Origin: Octopus bimaculoides | Taxonomy: Eukaryota | Reading direction: 5' to 3' | Length of the DNA: 64,000 bases | Assembly: GCF_001194135.2 (NCBI RefSeq) | Contig: NC_068999.1 | Span: 298,534 to 362,533 of the forward strand | Shown here: positions 41,193 to 53,340 of the stretch, piece after piece | Layout of the letters: every line of letters starts with the position of its first letter | Numbering within the stretch: position 1 is the stretch's first letter | The notes under the pieces: generated by a model | What the model saw: the letters and a program-made list of their open reading frames with translations, nothing else | Told to the model about the DNA's origin: nothing | Databases searched by the model: none | Made by a program: the position numbers and the translations under genes

Positions 41193-42174
41193 TATATATA
41201 CATGGATATGTAAGCATATATGTGTGGGTGTATATATATATATGTATGCATATATACATACATATACGCGAGCGTGCGTGTGTGTGTGTGTGTGATAGCA
41301 GTTTTAGTTGTTTTCGTTTTATTTCTCCATCCTTTTTGGAATCAATAAATGGTAACGGCAGCTTTAAAAACGAAACTCAAACAAATGGAACCAACCCATA
41401 TTTAATTACATATATATTTCAACATAACTGTTCCATCAAAACAGTGACATTAAGTGTTGTTTAGAAATGTAAACCATAGTAAATATATTTAAGAAAATTC
41501 CGATTATTTGGTTTTTATTTATATTTATAAAATATTCTCCACTTTAAGATTTCATATTTCGACATTTGCATCTTTCCTACAGGATGCATTTCAGAATCAA
41601 CATTTACACAAACCGAAATTACATTTGCAGATTATTCACAATTCATGCACAAATAAACAAATACAAACCTACATGAAGATTCGCTTCTTTAATATTTCTT
41701 CCTAATATTTATTCTCTTTTAATTTTATTTTTAGTCTTCCATATTTTTGGTTGTTAAAATCTCCACTCTGGAAAAGTCGGTCGCTTGATTATTATTATTA
41801 TTATTCTCCTTTCGCTATTTGCTGACCGTTACCGTTTCTTTCTGCTATTGATGTACGAGAGGACAGAAGTGAAATGGCCATGTCTCATAAGGTTACGTCT
41901 ATTGGCTGGAATTAAGTACTTGCATTGAGCAAATACATCCAGTTAGTCATGATGTTCAACAGGCCGTTAAGCGAATCGAACATGTACAATTTTTCAAGCT
42001 TCACTGAACTTTAAATTCACTTCATGATGAAAGGAAATAGTATGAAAGATACATAGTTAATTGAAATACTACTACTACTAACAACAACAACAAAAGTAAT
42101 AACGAAAACAAAACTAACAAAAACAATATTAATATTAAAAGCAAATAATAATGATATTAAGAAGAGTAGTAAAT

Positions 42175-42282
42175 CCTTCTAATTTCGGTGCAAGGCCATT
42201 AATTAGATGAGCGATGCAAATAAATTTCATCGACCCCAGTATTTGACTGGTACTTATTTTATCGAACTTCAGAGTGATGAAA
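42175..42282 (-). mobile_element. SINE family B 3' fragment
   Basis: catcgaccccagta..tgactggtacttattttatcga. Confidence 0.75.
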
Positions 42283-42299
42283 AATGAGAAATATTTTGT

Positions 42300-44174
42300 T
42301 GAAATTGAGAAAATTAATAAGTTTAAAGTGTGCCCACAATAATATCTTTCAATGGACAGGTCAATGGACGTTACTGGTTCAGCAGTTTTGCTCGGTGTAA
42401 GTTGTTGTCATGAAAATGGCATTAAAGAAGACTGAATAGTTTGTCCGTCAGCCTTGAGATAATTATTCTGTCAGTGAAGCAATATCTAATCTATTTGTAA
42501 AAATAAAGAATAAACTGAAATTTCGTGAAAACTTTCTTCAAGTATTTGCAGTGACGAAGTTGCGGCTATGATGGGAGATCGGGGAGGGGGGAGAGTAACA
42601 GGATACTATTCTACAAGAATCAAAGAAGATAGAAAATGAAAAATTAGCGTTGAAAGTTTCAGCTGTTACCTTCATCGTCAAAGACTTGCAGTGAAACATG
42701 CCTGAAGATATGAAATTAATAGTAAACGATGCTGTATCGGTGCTCCATTTTATTAAATCAAAATCACTAAACGCAAGAAACTTCAGTTTATTATGCGATG
42801 TCTGAGATTGCAGACAACTTCATTACTACATTCTGAAATGCTGTTGTCGAACGGAAGCATCATGAGCATGGTTTTCTGAATTTCGGGAATAAATTGAATT
42901 ATTTTTATCTGAACATGGTTTTTTAACTTTCAAGCAAACTAAAAACTAAGTTTTCGGTGAAAATAATTGCTATATCTATCTTATAAAGGTAGGGTCTCGA
43001 GTCATAGAACGCATAGGGTTCATTAGCGTGGTGTATAAGTGACTGACCCCCCCACCACTTCCTGAATGGGTCACCCGTCCGTCGTAAGGTTACTCATTTA
43101 CAGCTGAGTGGACTGAAGCAAGGTGAAAGGAAATGTTTCCCTCAAAAACACAACACACTGCCCGGCCGGAGAATAAAAATCCCGATTTTGCAGTCGTGAA
43201 TGTAACACAAACGACCATTAAGCTGCGTGCAGTCCAGATATCTTTCTCACATATTCTTCTAATTCAATAAGGTTAATCTTCCAGTACATGGTACCAATAC
43301 AAATTGATTTAAAGACTAAATTAACATTTATGCAGTAAAATATTAACTAAAACTCTTGCATAACCATTTAGCCAAGAATGATGTCGAGTGCCATGAAACA
43401 TTTATTTGCGTTTTTTTTTTTACTAACAAATCAAATTCTCCTGGGTTTAGCTATAAAGTATTCAATTTTGTAACATTTATGTGATATGGTTAAATCAATA
43501 ACACCATATATGTGTGATAAGTAGTATAGATCGATAACATCGTATCTGTGTGATATATGCAAACCAATAAACGCCGTAGTTTCCGAATGAAATTGAAAAC
43601 TAAGTTTGGGTTGAAAACCCATTTATAGACTCGTTAAACTTACGCAAACTTCCACGAAAAGAAAAGAATTAGAAAATAGAAATATCAACGAGTTTTGCTT
43701 GAAATCAAAATTCCAACAAGTGGAACTGTCAAGATTCTGGATTACATTATTAATGGTGTAATCTACTCTAAAAGCAAAGCTTTAAAAGTGTTAATGCGAT
43801 TTTCAACTAGGTAGTGATGTGACAGAAGTTTTTCACTTCACTTAATAAAAAATTTAGAGATAGACTGCATAAATAAGTTGGATTAAGTTTAAATGTAACT
43901 TCCATAGTTCCGAATATAAAGGCTCTCTGTGATCGGAAGCAGGTTCATCTAAAGCATTAATTTTTAATATCTCTGTTATCAACCCGAGTTCTTCAAACAG
44001 ATAAGATAAAAATGCAACTAAATTATGCTGACACAATCTTATTTTAATGCTTAATTGCACATTGGCTGCAATTTATTTTTGTTCGAATATCATTTAACTT
44101 CCACTAATGGAACCCTCAAAATTTTGTCTCAACTTAGAGGGTTCTATTAATGCTAAAAGGTTTTAAAACCCCTG
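42300..44174 (+). mobile_element. hAT superfamily (Buster/Charlie-type) transposase fossil with its 3' terminus
   Basis: Collinear decayed motifs: LSMDRSMDVTGSAVLL (42346), SICSDEVAAMMG (42541), CYLHRQRLAVK / MPEDMKLIVNDAVSVLHFIKSKSLNARNF (42664), YLSHIF..NKVNLPVHG (~43240), ALKVLMRFSTR**CDRSFS (43779), and IVPNIKALCDRKQVHLKH* (to 43960). A TIR-like end aaggttttaaaacccctg lies at 44157-44174. Confidence 0.85.
42990..43231 (-). mobile_element. SINE family E nested in the hAT transposase
   Basis: tactcatttacagctgagtggactgaagcaaggtgaaa; a second copy lies at ~50875-51058. Transposase homology resumes right after it. Confidence 0.75.
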
Positions 44175-44267
44175 CGGCACATGATCAGAGCGTTGTGATT
44201 GTGTTGGCGCTTATGCTTAAATGCGGCATACATTGTGTATAAAGAAGGTAGAATTTGAATGGTGCTA

Positions 44268-44474
44268 TTGAAATGAAAGTTTTGGGAACTAGAATGTAAC
44301 TGTGGCATCGCAAAACAGTTTCCAATACCAGTGGTTGTAGGGGCAGCTGGAATGATAAAAAAAGGAATTGAAAATTACTTGAGAAAGATCCCTGACTTAA
44401 CATCCATGCAGGAAGAGCAAAAGATTGTCGTAATTGACACATCACACGTATAGAGACGAGCATTGTCGCTGTGA
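44268..44474 (+). mobile_element. R4/Dong-type non-LTR retrotransposon C-terminal remnant
   Basis: WHRKTV..IPVVVGA.GMIKKGIENYLRKIPDLTSMQEEQKIVVIDTSHV*RRALSL* (with frameshifts), matching MWH.KT..IPV.VGALG.I....IP....QK..L..T.HILR..LS. Confidence 0.8.
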
Positions 44475-44719
44475 ATTTTCTCCCCCCCCCTATTTTCTCT
44501 TCCCCACCTGTTTTCTTTTTTCTTCTGCTTTTCATTTTTCTATTTTTTCTCCTTTCTTTTTCCTTCTCTTTCTTTCTTTCTTTCTTTCTATCACATAACT
44601 TGACATTGTAAATGAACAATCTGGGTGTGTATACAGTAAGTTCCTTTGCCCTATGTGTCGGGAAGAGATTCGGCAAGAAATGGAAATAAAATTGAAAGTG
44701 GGGAAAATAATAATAAGAC

Positions 44720-44751
<32 letters not shown>

Positions 44752-45241
44752 ATGATTGCAACGACAAATGTCTAACGACAGTCATTATAGCAGCAACATT
44801 ACTGAATGGGGTCCCCATTGGCATTCAATATTATATTTCCACTGTTGCACCCCACCTCACTCCCACTGACCATAACGAGTATTTAGGGCTTCAACAACAG
44901 CCATATAACACCTTACTCTAAAACAGCAAAAGACGTTCTCTGGACATTGTTGGGAAAAACGTGAGAAGGACGGAGTTCGAAGTCCCCGAAGGGAGTTGAG
45001 TGATTTTGCCGTGAGAAGAGATACAAGATTAAAGTTGATCTGTAGTTAGTGTTTTAAGTATCTGCTGAGTGAGGCCATCAGAGATGCTTTGATGTTAGTT
45101 TATTGTTTCATTAAAATTGAAATGGTTTCCTTTACAATACTCTGCGGGATAGTTTTTATGGAAAGCAAGACTCAAGCGACGCCAAGTTTACGGTATGTAG
45201 TGATGTGTGCATGTGTGTATGTATCTATGTATCTATGTGTG

Positions 45242-45311
<70 letters not shown>

Positions 45312-45789
45312 TGTATGTGTGTATGTACGTGTTTATGTATCAGCATCTACGAACGTATATTAGTCCGTATTTCTATGTATGTGAGTGTGTGATCTGTGTG
45401 TGCAAATACGTAGGTGCATGCACTGTGTGAATATGCCACTTTAGTATTATGGTGCTTGTGCGAACCTCCTGTGTGTGCATGCGCGCGTGACTGTCTGTGA
45501 GTGCATGTGGACCATTACATCTTACATATCTGTTTCCGTAGATGCATACGACGAAGTGAGTGCTTATATTCAATGAAGAATATATGTGGAAAAATGTATG
45601 GAATTATGTACGTACGCTTGAATTTTGAATGAATGTGTGTGCATTTATGAATGTACTCATCTAGGCTAACACACACACACACGCACATATACATATACAT
45701 ATATATATATATATATATATATGAATGAATGTGATCATGATTGTTGTTTAAGCAGACGAAGACAAAGGACCGGCTGTGTTGCCGTAATA

Positions 45790-46130
45790 CTTCCTATCAA
45801 ATTCCTATCGATTTAAACCTTTTTGAACTTTTCGTTGAGGAACCGCTTATTTGCGAATCCAAGCCGTCTGTAGTCTTCGTGTTGACACTAATTTATCATG
45901 TCATAACCTGGAGGGCAAAGTTCAAACGGAGCTCATTAAATTGAGGCTAACAGACATTTATCATTTATCAACATTTCCTGTCAGTTTATAAGTTTCCTAA
46001 TCTTTCCCAAAAGATGCTGATATTTTTAGTTTATGTTCTAATTTAACAAGTTACATTCTCCTTTCCATACAACAGTTGCCCTAAACAAAACCATCTTCAA
46101 TTCCAACGACCATTCACTGAATGCTATGAG
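45790..46130 (+). mobile_element. Possible second hAT transposase C-terminal remnant
   Basis: FELFVEEP...VQTELIKL...KFPNLSQKMLIFL...LNKT resembles the LF.NPF / LQ.ELI.L / FPNL...A / LNK pattern of hAT dimerisation regions. Heavily decayed. Confidence 0.4.
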
Positions 46131-46343
46131 CCTAACCCTAACCCTCCACTGGTTTAATTGCAGTCCAGTTTCGTCTTTCTTATTTACAGTCGCAGTTTTA
46201 TTTGTATCTTATCACCTCTGTTAAACACAGAAATATATTGAATATTTATCGATAATGGCGGATAGTCTGGGACAGAGTCCGTAACGCATCAGGCGAGATG
46301 CATTGTGATAGATACTCGGATGGTGGCTTTTAAAGTGGTGTCT

Positions 46344-46381
46344 ACAACTGAAAAGGCGACAAGTACACCGAAACAGCGTTC
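46344..46381 (+). ncRNA. Degenerate hammerhead-like motif related to the 18634 motif
   Basis: ACAA-CUGAAAA-GGCG-ACAAGUA-CACC-GAAAC-AGC-GUU. It shares acaactgaa.agg.g...caccgaaaca with 18629-18660. Confidence 0.4.
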
Positions 46382-46604
46382 CCATTAATCCACTAATGTC
46401 CTTGAAGTAAGGTAGTTGTTTATATTGCACATTACCATCCATCGGTGGAACCGTCCTTTGGTCATGCGATACTCTAGAAAGGAAAAGTTGTTTCCACGCC
46501 CAAGGATGCAGCAATGAACACATGAAACATCAATATCTGTGTTCATGAGTGCGCGCGTCTGTGTATGCATACATGTATGTATGTATGTATGTATGTATGA
46601 GTAC

Positions 46605-46655
<51 letters not shown>

Positions 46656-47317
46656 TATACATACATAAGTTATTCACTCTCTCGCTAAATCTCGCTTTCT
46701 CACTCTTCCTTTCTCTCACCCTCCCTTTTATATCTCTTTCTCTGGCTCTTATTCTCACTCTACCCCTTCCCCATTCTCTCTCTCTCCCTCCCTCTCCATT
46801 CTCTTTCTCTTTTTATTTTTCGATTTCTCTGTTTATTGCAGTTGAATGCCCAAACCCATCCGCACCACTATTCTTCACATTGGCAACAGTACTAAAGAAA
46901 GAAAGAAAAGGAAAACAACGGTGGGTTAAACTGATCCCAGAATATGACTGGTACTCACTATTTCGGTTCTGGAATACTTACTGAAAAGCAAAGTAAATCA
47001 AGGTGGTATTTGAGCTTAGAACGTAAAATGTTTTAACTAACAGAGTTGTTATGATGTTAATATTTATTCAATGAATATATCGCATGAGTAAAAGTCATAA
47101 ACTATATTTGTCTTCTTTATATTTTCATCAGTTTTTATCTCGGAACAAATCAATTGATTGAGTCAATATTAGAGATTAAAGTGCGCACGAATTCCTTGCA
47201 TATCAGAATACATTGCTATCTTTCTTTAAAGTTCATTTACAAAAATATACAAAGGATGTATGGTATAAAATTTGTTCCCCAAGCCCATGCTTCTGACCAA
47301 TTACATTTCAGATATGG

Positions 47318-47355
47318 TTCTTGTAGGTTCTTCAGATCTGAAGAACCTACAAGAA
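47318..47355. repeat. Perfect 38-bp palindrome
   Basis: ttcttgtaggttcttcaga|tctgaagaacctacaagaa is self-reverse-complementary. Confidence 0.95.
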
Positions 47356-47372
47356 TAGGTGCAACTGGTAAT
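47336..47372 (+). ncRNA. Hammerhead-like motif overlapping the palindrome
   Basis: AU-CUGAAGA-ACCUA-CAAGAA-UAGGU-GCAAC-UG-GUA-AU: 5-bp stem II, A13->C, GUA triplet. Confidence 0.5.
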
Positions 47373-47463
47373 ATTTATAAAACATGTGAGATATTAATAA
47401 AAATCTGTAAATGTACAACCATCCAGATATCTGAGTACCTTATTATTTATTCTAATACATACA

Positions 47464-47513
<50 letters not shown>

Positions 47514-48110
47514 NNNNNNNNNNNNNNNNNNNNNNNNNNNNNNNNNNNNNNNNNNNNNNNNNNNNNNNNNNNNNNNNNNNNNNNNNNNNNNNNNNNNNNN
47601 NNNNNNNNNNNNNNNNNNNNNNNNNNNNNNNNNNNNNNNNNNNNNNNNNNNNNNNNNNNNNNNNNNNNNNNNNNNNNNNNNNNNNNNNNNNNNNNNNNNN
47701 NNNNNNNNNNNNNNNNNNNNNNNNNNNNNNNNNNNNNNNNNNNNNNNNNNNNNNNNNNNNNNNNNNNNNNNNNNNNNNNNNNNNNNNNNNNNNNNNNNNN
47801 NNNNNNNNNNNNNNNNNNNNNNNNNNNNNNNNNNNNNNNNNNNNNNNNNNNNNNNNNNNNNNNNNNNNNNNNNNNNNNNNNNNNNNNNNNNNNNNNNNNN
47901 NNNNNNNNNNNNNNNNNNNNNNNNNNNNNNNNNNNNNNNNNNNNNNNNNNNNNNNNNNNNNNNNNNNNNNNNNNNNNNNNNNNNNNNNNNNNNNNNNNNN
48001 NNNNNNNNNNNNNNNNNNNNNNNNNNNNNNNNNNNNNNNNNNNNNNNNNNNNNNNNNNNNNNNNNNNNNNNNNNNNNNNNNNNNNNNNNNNNNNNNNNNN
48101 NNNNNNNNNN

Positions 48111-48174
<64 letters not shown>

Positions 48175-48726
48175 TATCGATAGATAAATATCTATATGTA
48201 TATGCATATGCATATATACATACATACTATATAATATATGCATATATGTATACATATATATGTATGTATATGAATGTATGTATGCAAGAATGTATGTGTA
48301 AACCCAAATGTAGTCTAAATTTAGATGAACTGAACGCTTCCATTGCCATTAAAAGTATATAAATATTTATTCTCCAGGAAGCTGCAGACATCGCCTCAGT
48401 AGAAAGATGACTATTGAAATATATTGGCCAGAAGTCTGACACAAGGTATCATAACATTCTTTCGGAACTCTACACTGCATTATACATAAACATATAGAAT
48501 TACATAATTGGAGATGAACTTATCTATCTATACACACACATACATATGTATACACACATGTATATATACGCGCATATGAATAGTTACATACAAACTTACA
48601 CGAAAGTGTATATAAACACAGACACTCACGCATATAAGCATGCAAACACGTAAAAGGTAAGCGTGTAGATATACATATAACGTTTATATATATATATATA
48701 TACCGATGTCCTTCTGTTAGTGTACG

Positions 48727-48763
<37 letters not shown>

Positions 48764-48971
48764 CTGTGTGTGTATACACACATATGTATTACTATTCATA
48801 CGTATATATATGTTGTTTATCTAGTAAAGTAGGATGCAATTAAAATTTACATACACATACATACATACATATATTGATGTATGTATATATATCTTAATAT
48901 ATGGCCGTATATAGAAAGCAAATATACTAATGAATATGTATATAAGTATTGATCATCTTCATACAAAAGCA

Positions 48972-49020
<49 letters not shown>

Positions 49021-50874
49021 CTATATATATGTACATATTTTTAATTTACATGCATATAGTACATCTATATGTGTTTGAAGATATTCTAGAATGTATNNNN
49101 NNNNNNNNNNNNNNNNNNNNNNNNNNNNNNNNNNNNNNNNNNNNNNNNNNNNNNNNNNNNNNNNNNNNNNNNNNNNNNNNNNNNNNNNNNNNNNNNNNNN
49201 NNNNNNNNNNNNNNNNNNNNNNNNNNNNNNNNNNNNNNNNNNNNNNNNNNNNNNNNNNNNNNNNNNNNNNNNNNNNNNNNNNNNNNNNNNNNNNNNNNNN
49301 NNNNNNNNNNNNNNNNNNNNNNNNNNNNNNNNNNNNNNNNNNNNNNNNNNNNNNNNNNNNNNNNNNNNNNNNNNNNNNNNNNNNNNNNNNNNNNNNNNNN
49401 NNNNNNNNNNNNNNNNNNNNNNNNNNNNNNNNNNNNNNNNNNNNNNNNNNNNNNNNNNNNNNNNNNNNNNNNNNNNNNNNNNNNNNNNNNNNNNNNNNNN
49501 NNNNNNNNNNNNNNNNNNNNNNNNNNNNNNNNNNNNNNNNNNNNNNNNNNNNNNNNNNNNNNNNNNNNNNNNNNNNNNNNNNNNNNNNNNNNNNNNNNNN
49601 NNNNNNNNNNNNNNNNNNNNNNNNNNNNNNNNNNNNNNNNNNNNNNNNNNNNNNNNNNNNNNNNNNNNNNNNNNNNNNNNNNNNNNNNNNNNNNNNNNNN
49701 NNNNNNNNNNNNNNNNNNNNNNNNNNNNNNNNNNNNNNNNNNNNNNNNNNNNNNNNNNNNNNNNNNNNNNNNNNNNNNNNNNNNNNNNNNNNNNNNNNNN
49801 NNNNNNNNNNNNNNNNNNNNNNNNNNNNNNNNNNNNNNNNNNNNNNNNNNNNNNNNNNNNNNNNNNNNNNNNNNNNNNNNNNNNNNNNNNNNNNNNNNNN
49901 NTATATATATATATTACTATATGGATGTATCTATCTCACTCTTACTCTTTCTATGTAAATATCTATATATATATATTTCGACGCACACACACGCACACAT
50001 ACGTATATGTGTGATCTATCTATCTATCTATCTATTTATCTATCTAAATGGTATTCTATTTGCAACAAAAGCAATATAAAAACGGCTCTGGTTTGTGTCT
50101 CGCAAGCTTGTTAAAAGCAGAATTAATAAGAAAATATTAAAAATAAGAAACAAGACAGCGATTTAAGAACTTGATACAGTTTGCTAGATATTCCTGGATA
50201 TCTGTTATAAAATGTCTGGTTTGGTGCTAGAAAATGATATTGATATATCGAGCGATATACGAGGACTGAGAAATAACAGAGAGGGATAGGAGACGGTTCG
50301 GGATAGGCAAAGAAAGAGGCAGACGGAGATTTTGAGTCAGAGAATAACTGAGCGAGGGTGGGGAGATAGAAATAGTAAGGTATACAACGAAATATGGAAA
50401 AGTTTATAGAGCACAGGGAAGGAGAGGCTGTACTGTATCTGGTAAAGACGGTTTAATATTGATAAGGAGCACCACAAGGGCTGTCGATTTGTCAGGTTTT
50501 ACGAAAAAAATTTGAAAACAATTAGAAACTGAAATCATTAGAAATGTAAGGACGGAACGTCGTTTACATTTTCAGATCGGAACTTGACATATCAATAGGA
50601 CACCACACACTTCAATGGGACCCCCCCACACATGCAGACAAAACGAAACAGAACAAAACAAAAAAAAAACCCAAAAGAAACGGAGTATTTTTTGTTTCTG
50701 ATTCTTTTGTTTCTTGGCCGGCTTCGTCAATGATCTTTAAAATTAACAAGAAATTCTAGTTTCATGCGACAGACTATAGTTGACTGGCAGATTTGACTCA
50801 TTTCCCAATTAAAAACAGCAGGACGTGTAAAACTTTATCTCAGGAATAAGGACTAACGTATTTCTGAAGGAGAT

Positions 50875-51058
50875 TCAGCCTCACGCAGAATGTAACAAGA
50901 CTGGCACATTGAATTACAGCCACAATACATTCTTGTCAGCTAAGTGGACTGGACCAACATGAAATAAAGTGTCTTGCTCAAGGACAAAATGTGCCGCCAG
51001 GACTCGAACTCACTACTATACGACAGCGAGGCGAGTGCTGTAACCACTAATCCACTAC
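50875..51058 (-). mobile_element. SINE family E
   Basis: cagctaagtggactggaccaacatgaaataaagtgtcttgctcaaggac...ggactcgaactc (reverse-complement B box)...aaccactaa. Confidence 0.75.
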
Positions 51059-52455
51059 TTGAGATCATAATCCGATAATAATCTGCAGAAAACGTTCGCC
51101 TTTGGTTTCAGGTCTGATTGATCAGTGATGAATGGTATTTAAAAAAGACACTAGCAACAACACCAGTTTGCTGCATCAGTTTGGACTTAGCTCATAGATA
51201 CACCTCACCATTCTGTTTACAAACACCATCTTGGTCGTTGTGTGTGTTTAGCACAGACCGCTATATTTTAGGCATTTGGAACGATTCTCCAGTTTTAGAA
51301 TTACAACATTCTCTTCTAACATTTTTTTTCCTGATTTAGTGACAAGGTGAGAAATGTTGAAGTCGGGTGGTGGTGATGCTTAGCCGATTAAGTCTCTCCC
51401 GGTATTTTATTTTATCGAACCTGGAATGATGAAATTCAATGTTAGCCTTCAGGAAATTTGAAAGCAGGAAGAAGAAAAAAAATTAAACTAATAGGTAGGG
51501 GTTTGAGTTGGGAAAATGCAGTTGAACTTGTAAGCAAGGGAACACTGACTGCTCAGTGATGAATCTGTATTCTGTGGTGATTCATCTAAACTGACGATGT
51601 TCACTTGTCTTGGCATTGGAGAATCCACATCAGCACATTCTTAGATGTCTTTTAATTACACACGAAAATAGAAACAATATGGCTGACAGGCACACACGAC
51701 AGTAACAACAATAAGAGCAACTTAAATACGAACAACAGTTCACTCTATCACTTACAGTCGAATATCTTTTCTTATGTCTTGTCAAAACAAACAGTCAATT
51801 TACTAAAAATGTTCGTGATTGGAATTACTTCATTATTTAGTGAATACTGTAAAAATCTTTTCCACCATTTCTAAGCGTGACTCAGGAACAACAAAAACAA
51901 CAAAAGAAAAACAAAAACAAAATTTTGTAAACGGAAGGTTCTGGAAGCAGTTCTGTCTTTTTTTTGTTATTTTACTTTTTCGTCTTTTGTTATACTTTTA
52001 TTGCTTTACCGTTTTGTTTTTCTTTCCTGCTGGTTCTTTAGTTTTCAATACAAATATGACTAGTAATAATAATAATAATAATTATAATTATGACAATAAT
52101 AACAATTATAATTATAATAATAAGAATGATAATGACATATGATGATGAAGATGATGATGCAGATGAAGATGATGATCACAACAGGAGGAAGGACAAGAAA
52201 AGCAATAAAAATATTTGTTATCATTATTCTGATATTATGATGTCTTTCAGAAACATTAATTAGGCGAAGAGAACAAATAAATAGTTATATTTCAATTAAA
52301 ATGCCATTTATTTCACATGAATCTGCGATAGTCTATCAAGTAATTGCTATTATCTGGAATGAACAGGCAGAGTCGGTCTTGCGGTGGTGGTGGTGATGCA
52401 GGAGGCGGATTAGGTGATATTGTATCGAAATATCCTGTGAGGTCAAGAATGTTAC

Positions 52456-52515
52456 CTTTGTGTTTGCTGGCCAAGAAATATACAGCTAAGTTTCTGCGCC
52501 ATTGGCCACCTCGAC
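52456..52515 (-). CDS. Candidate 60-nt internal exon of an unidentified gene
   Basis: Strong acceptor ttttattgttttcgttcag| and donor aag|gtaaca. Length is a multiple of 3. It is open as RGGQWRRNLAVYFLASKHK (phase 1) or SRWPMAQKLSCIFLGQQTQ (phase 2). Confidence 0.3.
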
Positions 52516-52542
52516 CTGAACGAAAACAATAAAAGCAAAGTT

Positions 52543-52592
<50 letters not shown>

Positions 52593-52920
52593 ATATAAAT
52601 ATTTTTTTTAAAGTCTAGTACTTATCCTATCAATTTGTTTTACCGAACTTCTAATGTTGAAGAAGTATAAAATTCCATACGAACACTGTTTGCTAGCCAT
52701 TTGGCGTCCAGATCCAAAGTTATACAGCTTTCACACAGTAGGATTGAATACGTAATTTCGAAGTGTACCTCTTGAGCAAACATACGTTCTTGCATCAATA
52801 GAGTGGAAGAATATACCTGTTAGACAAGTGTACTATTGAAAAATCGAATGAGAATATATTATTGTACAAGTATAATTTATGATTTTTGCATGGAAGTAAA
52901 CTATAAGTGAAGGCATAACT

Positions 52921-53340
52921 TGTAAGTTTGTGAATATAAAGTTCTTGATTGCTGATGCCTTGGGTAAAAATTCCAAGAAGCGTTGTGCACAATTGCATAA
53001 GGAAATTGCACAATCATTGAAGGAAATCATATAAATATTGGAGAAAGAGGATGAATGTTTCAATTATCACTGGTAAATGACTGTTTAAATATAAATACTG
53101 TATATAATTCAATGAAAGATATTCATCATGTCACAATCAACCAAATTTATATTATCAACGAAAATGACGAACAAACGGTGAGTAATAGAAAGGAAAATGG
53201 AAATATGTAAATTATTGTTGTGATTAGAGAAAACTATTTGATACATAATGGAATAACCGTCCTCTAATAAATATATACAAAGAACAGCAGAACCAAAATG
53301 GTAAGAACGATACAGTGTCTTAACATATACAGGAAATCAA
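52921..53340 (+). repeat. Copy 1 of a ~420-bp direct duplication (offset 2019 bp)
   Basis: Aligns along its length with 54940-55359, including an 85-bp identical block. Confidence 0.95.
53006..53340 (+). pseudogene. Possible decayed receptor L-domain (EGFR/insulin-receptor family) fragment, in both duplicate copies
   Basis: Combined translation GNCTIIEGNL...VYNSIKDI..VT...VIRENYLIHNG...IYTKSS. Stops are shared by both copies. Confidence 0.3.

Noticed and set aside
46128-46144. cctaaccctaaccct telomere-like repeat
   Set aside because: About two units only; expected by chance.
52870-53010. A second L-domain-like reading (NL*FLHGSKL...) upstream of NCTIIEGN in another frame
   Set aside because: It has many stops and overlaps incompatibly with the stronger frame; likely pattern over-reading.
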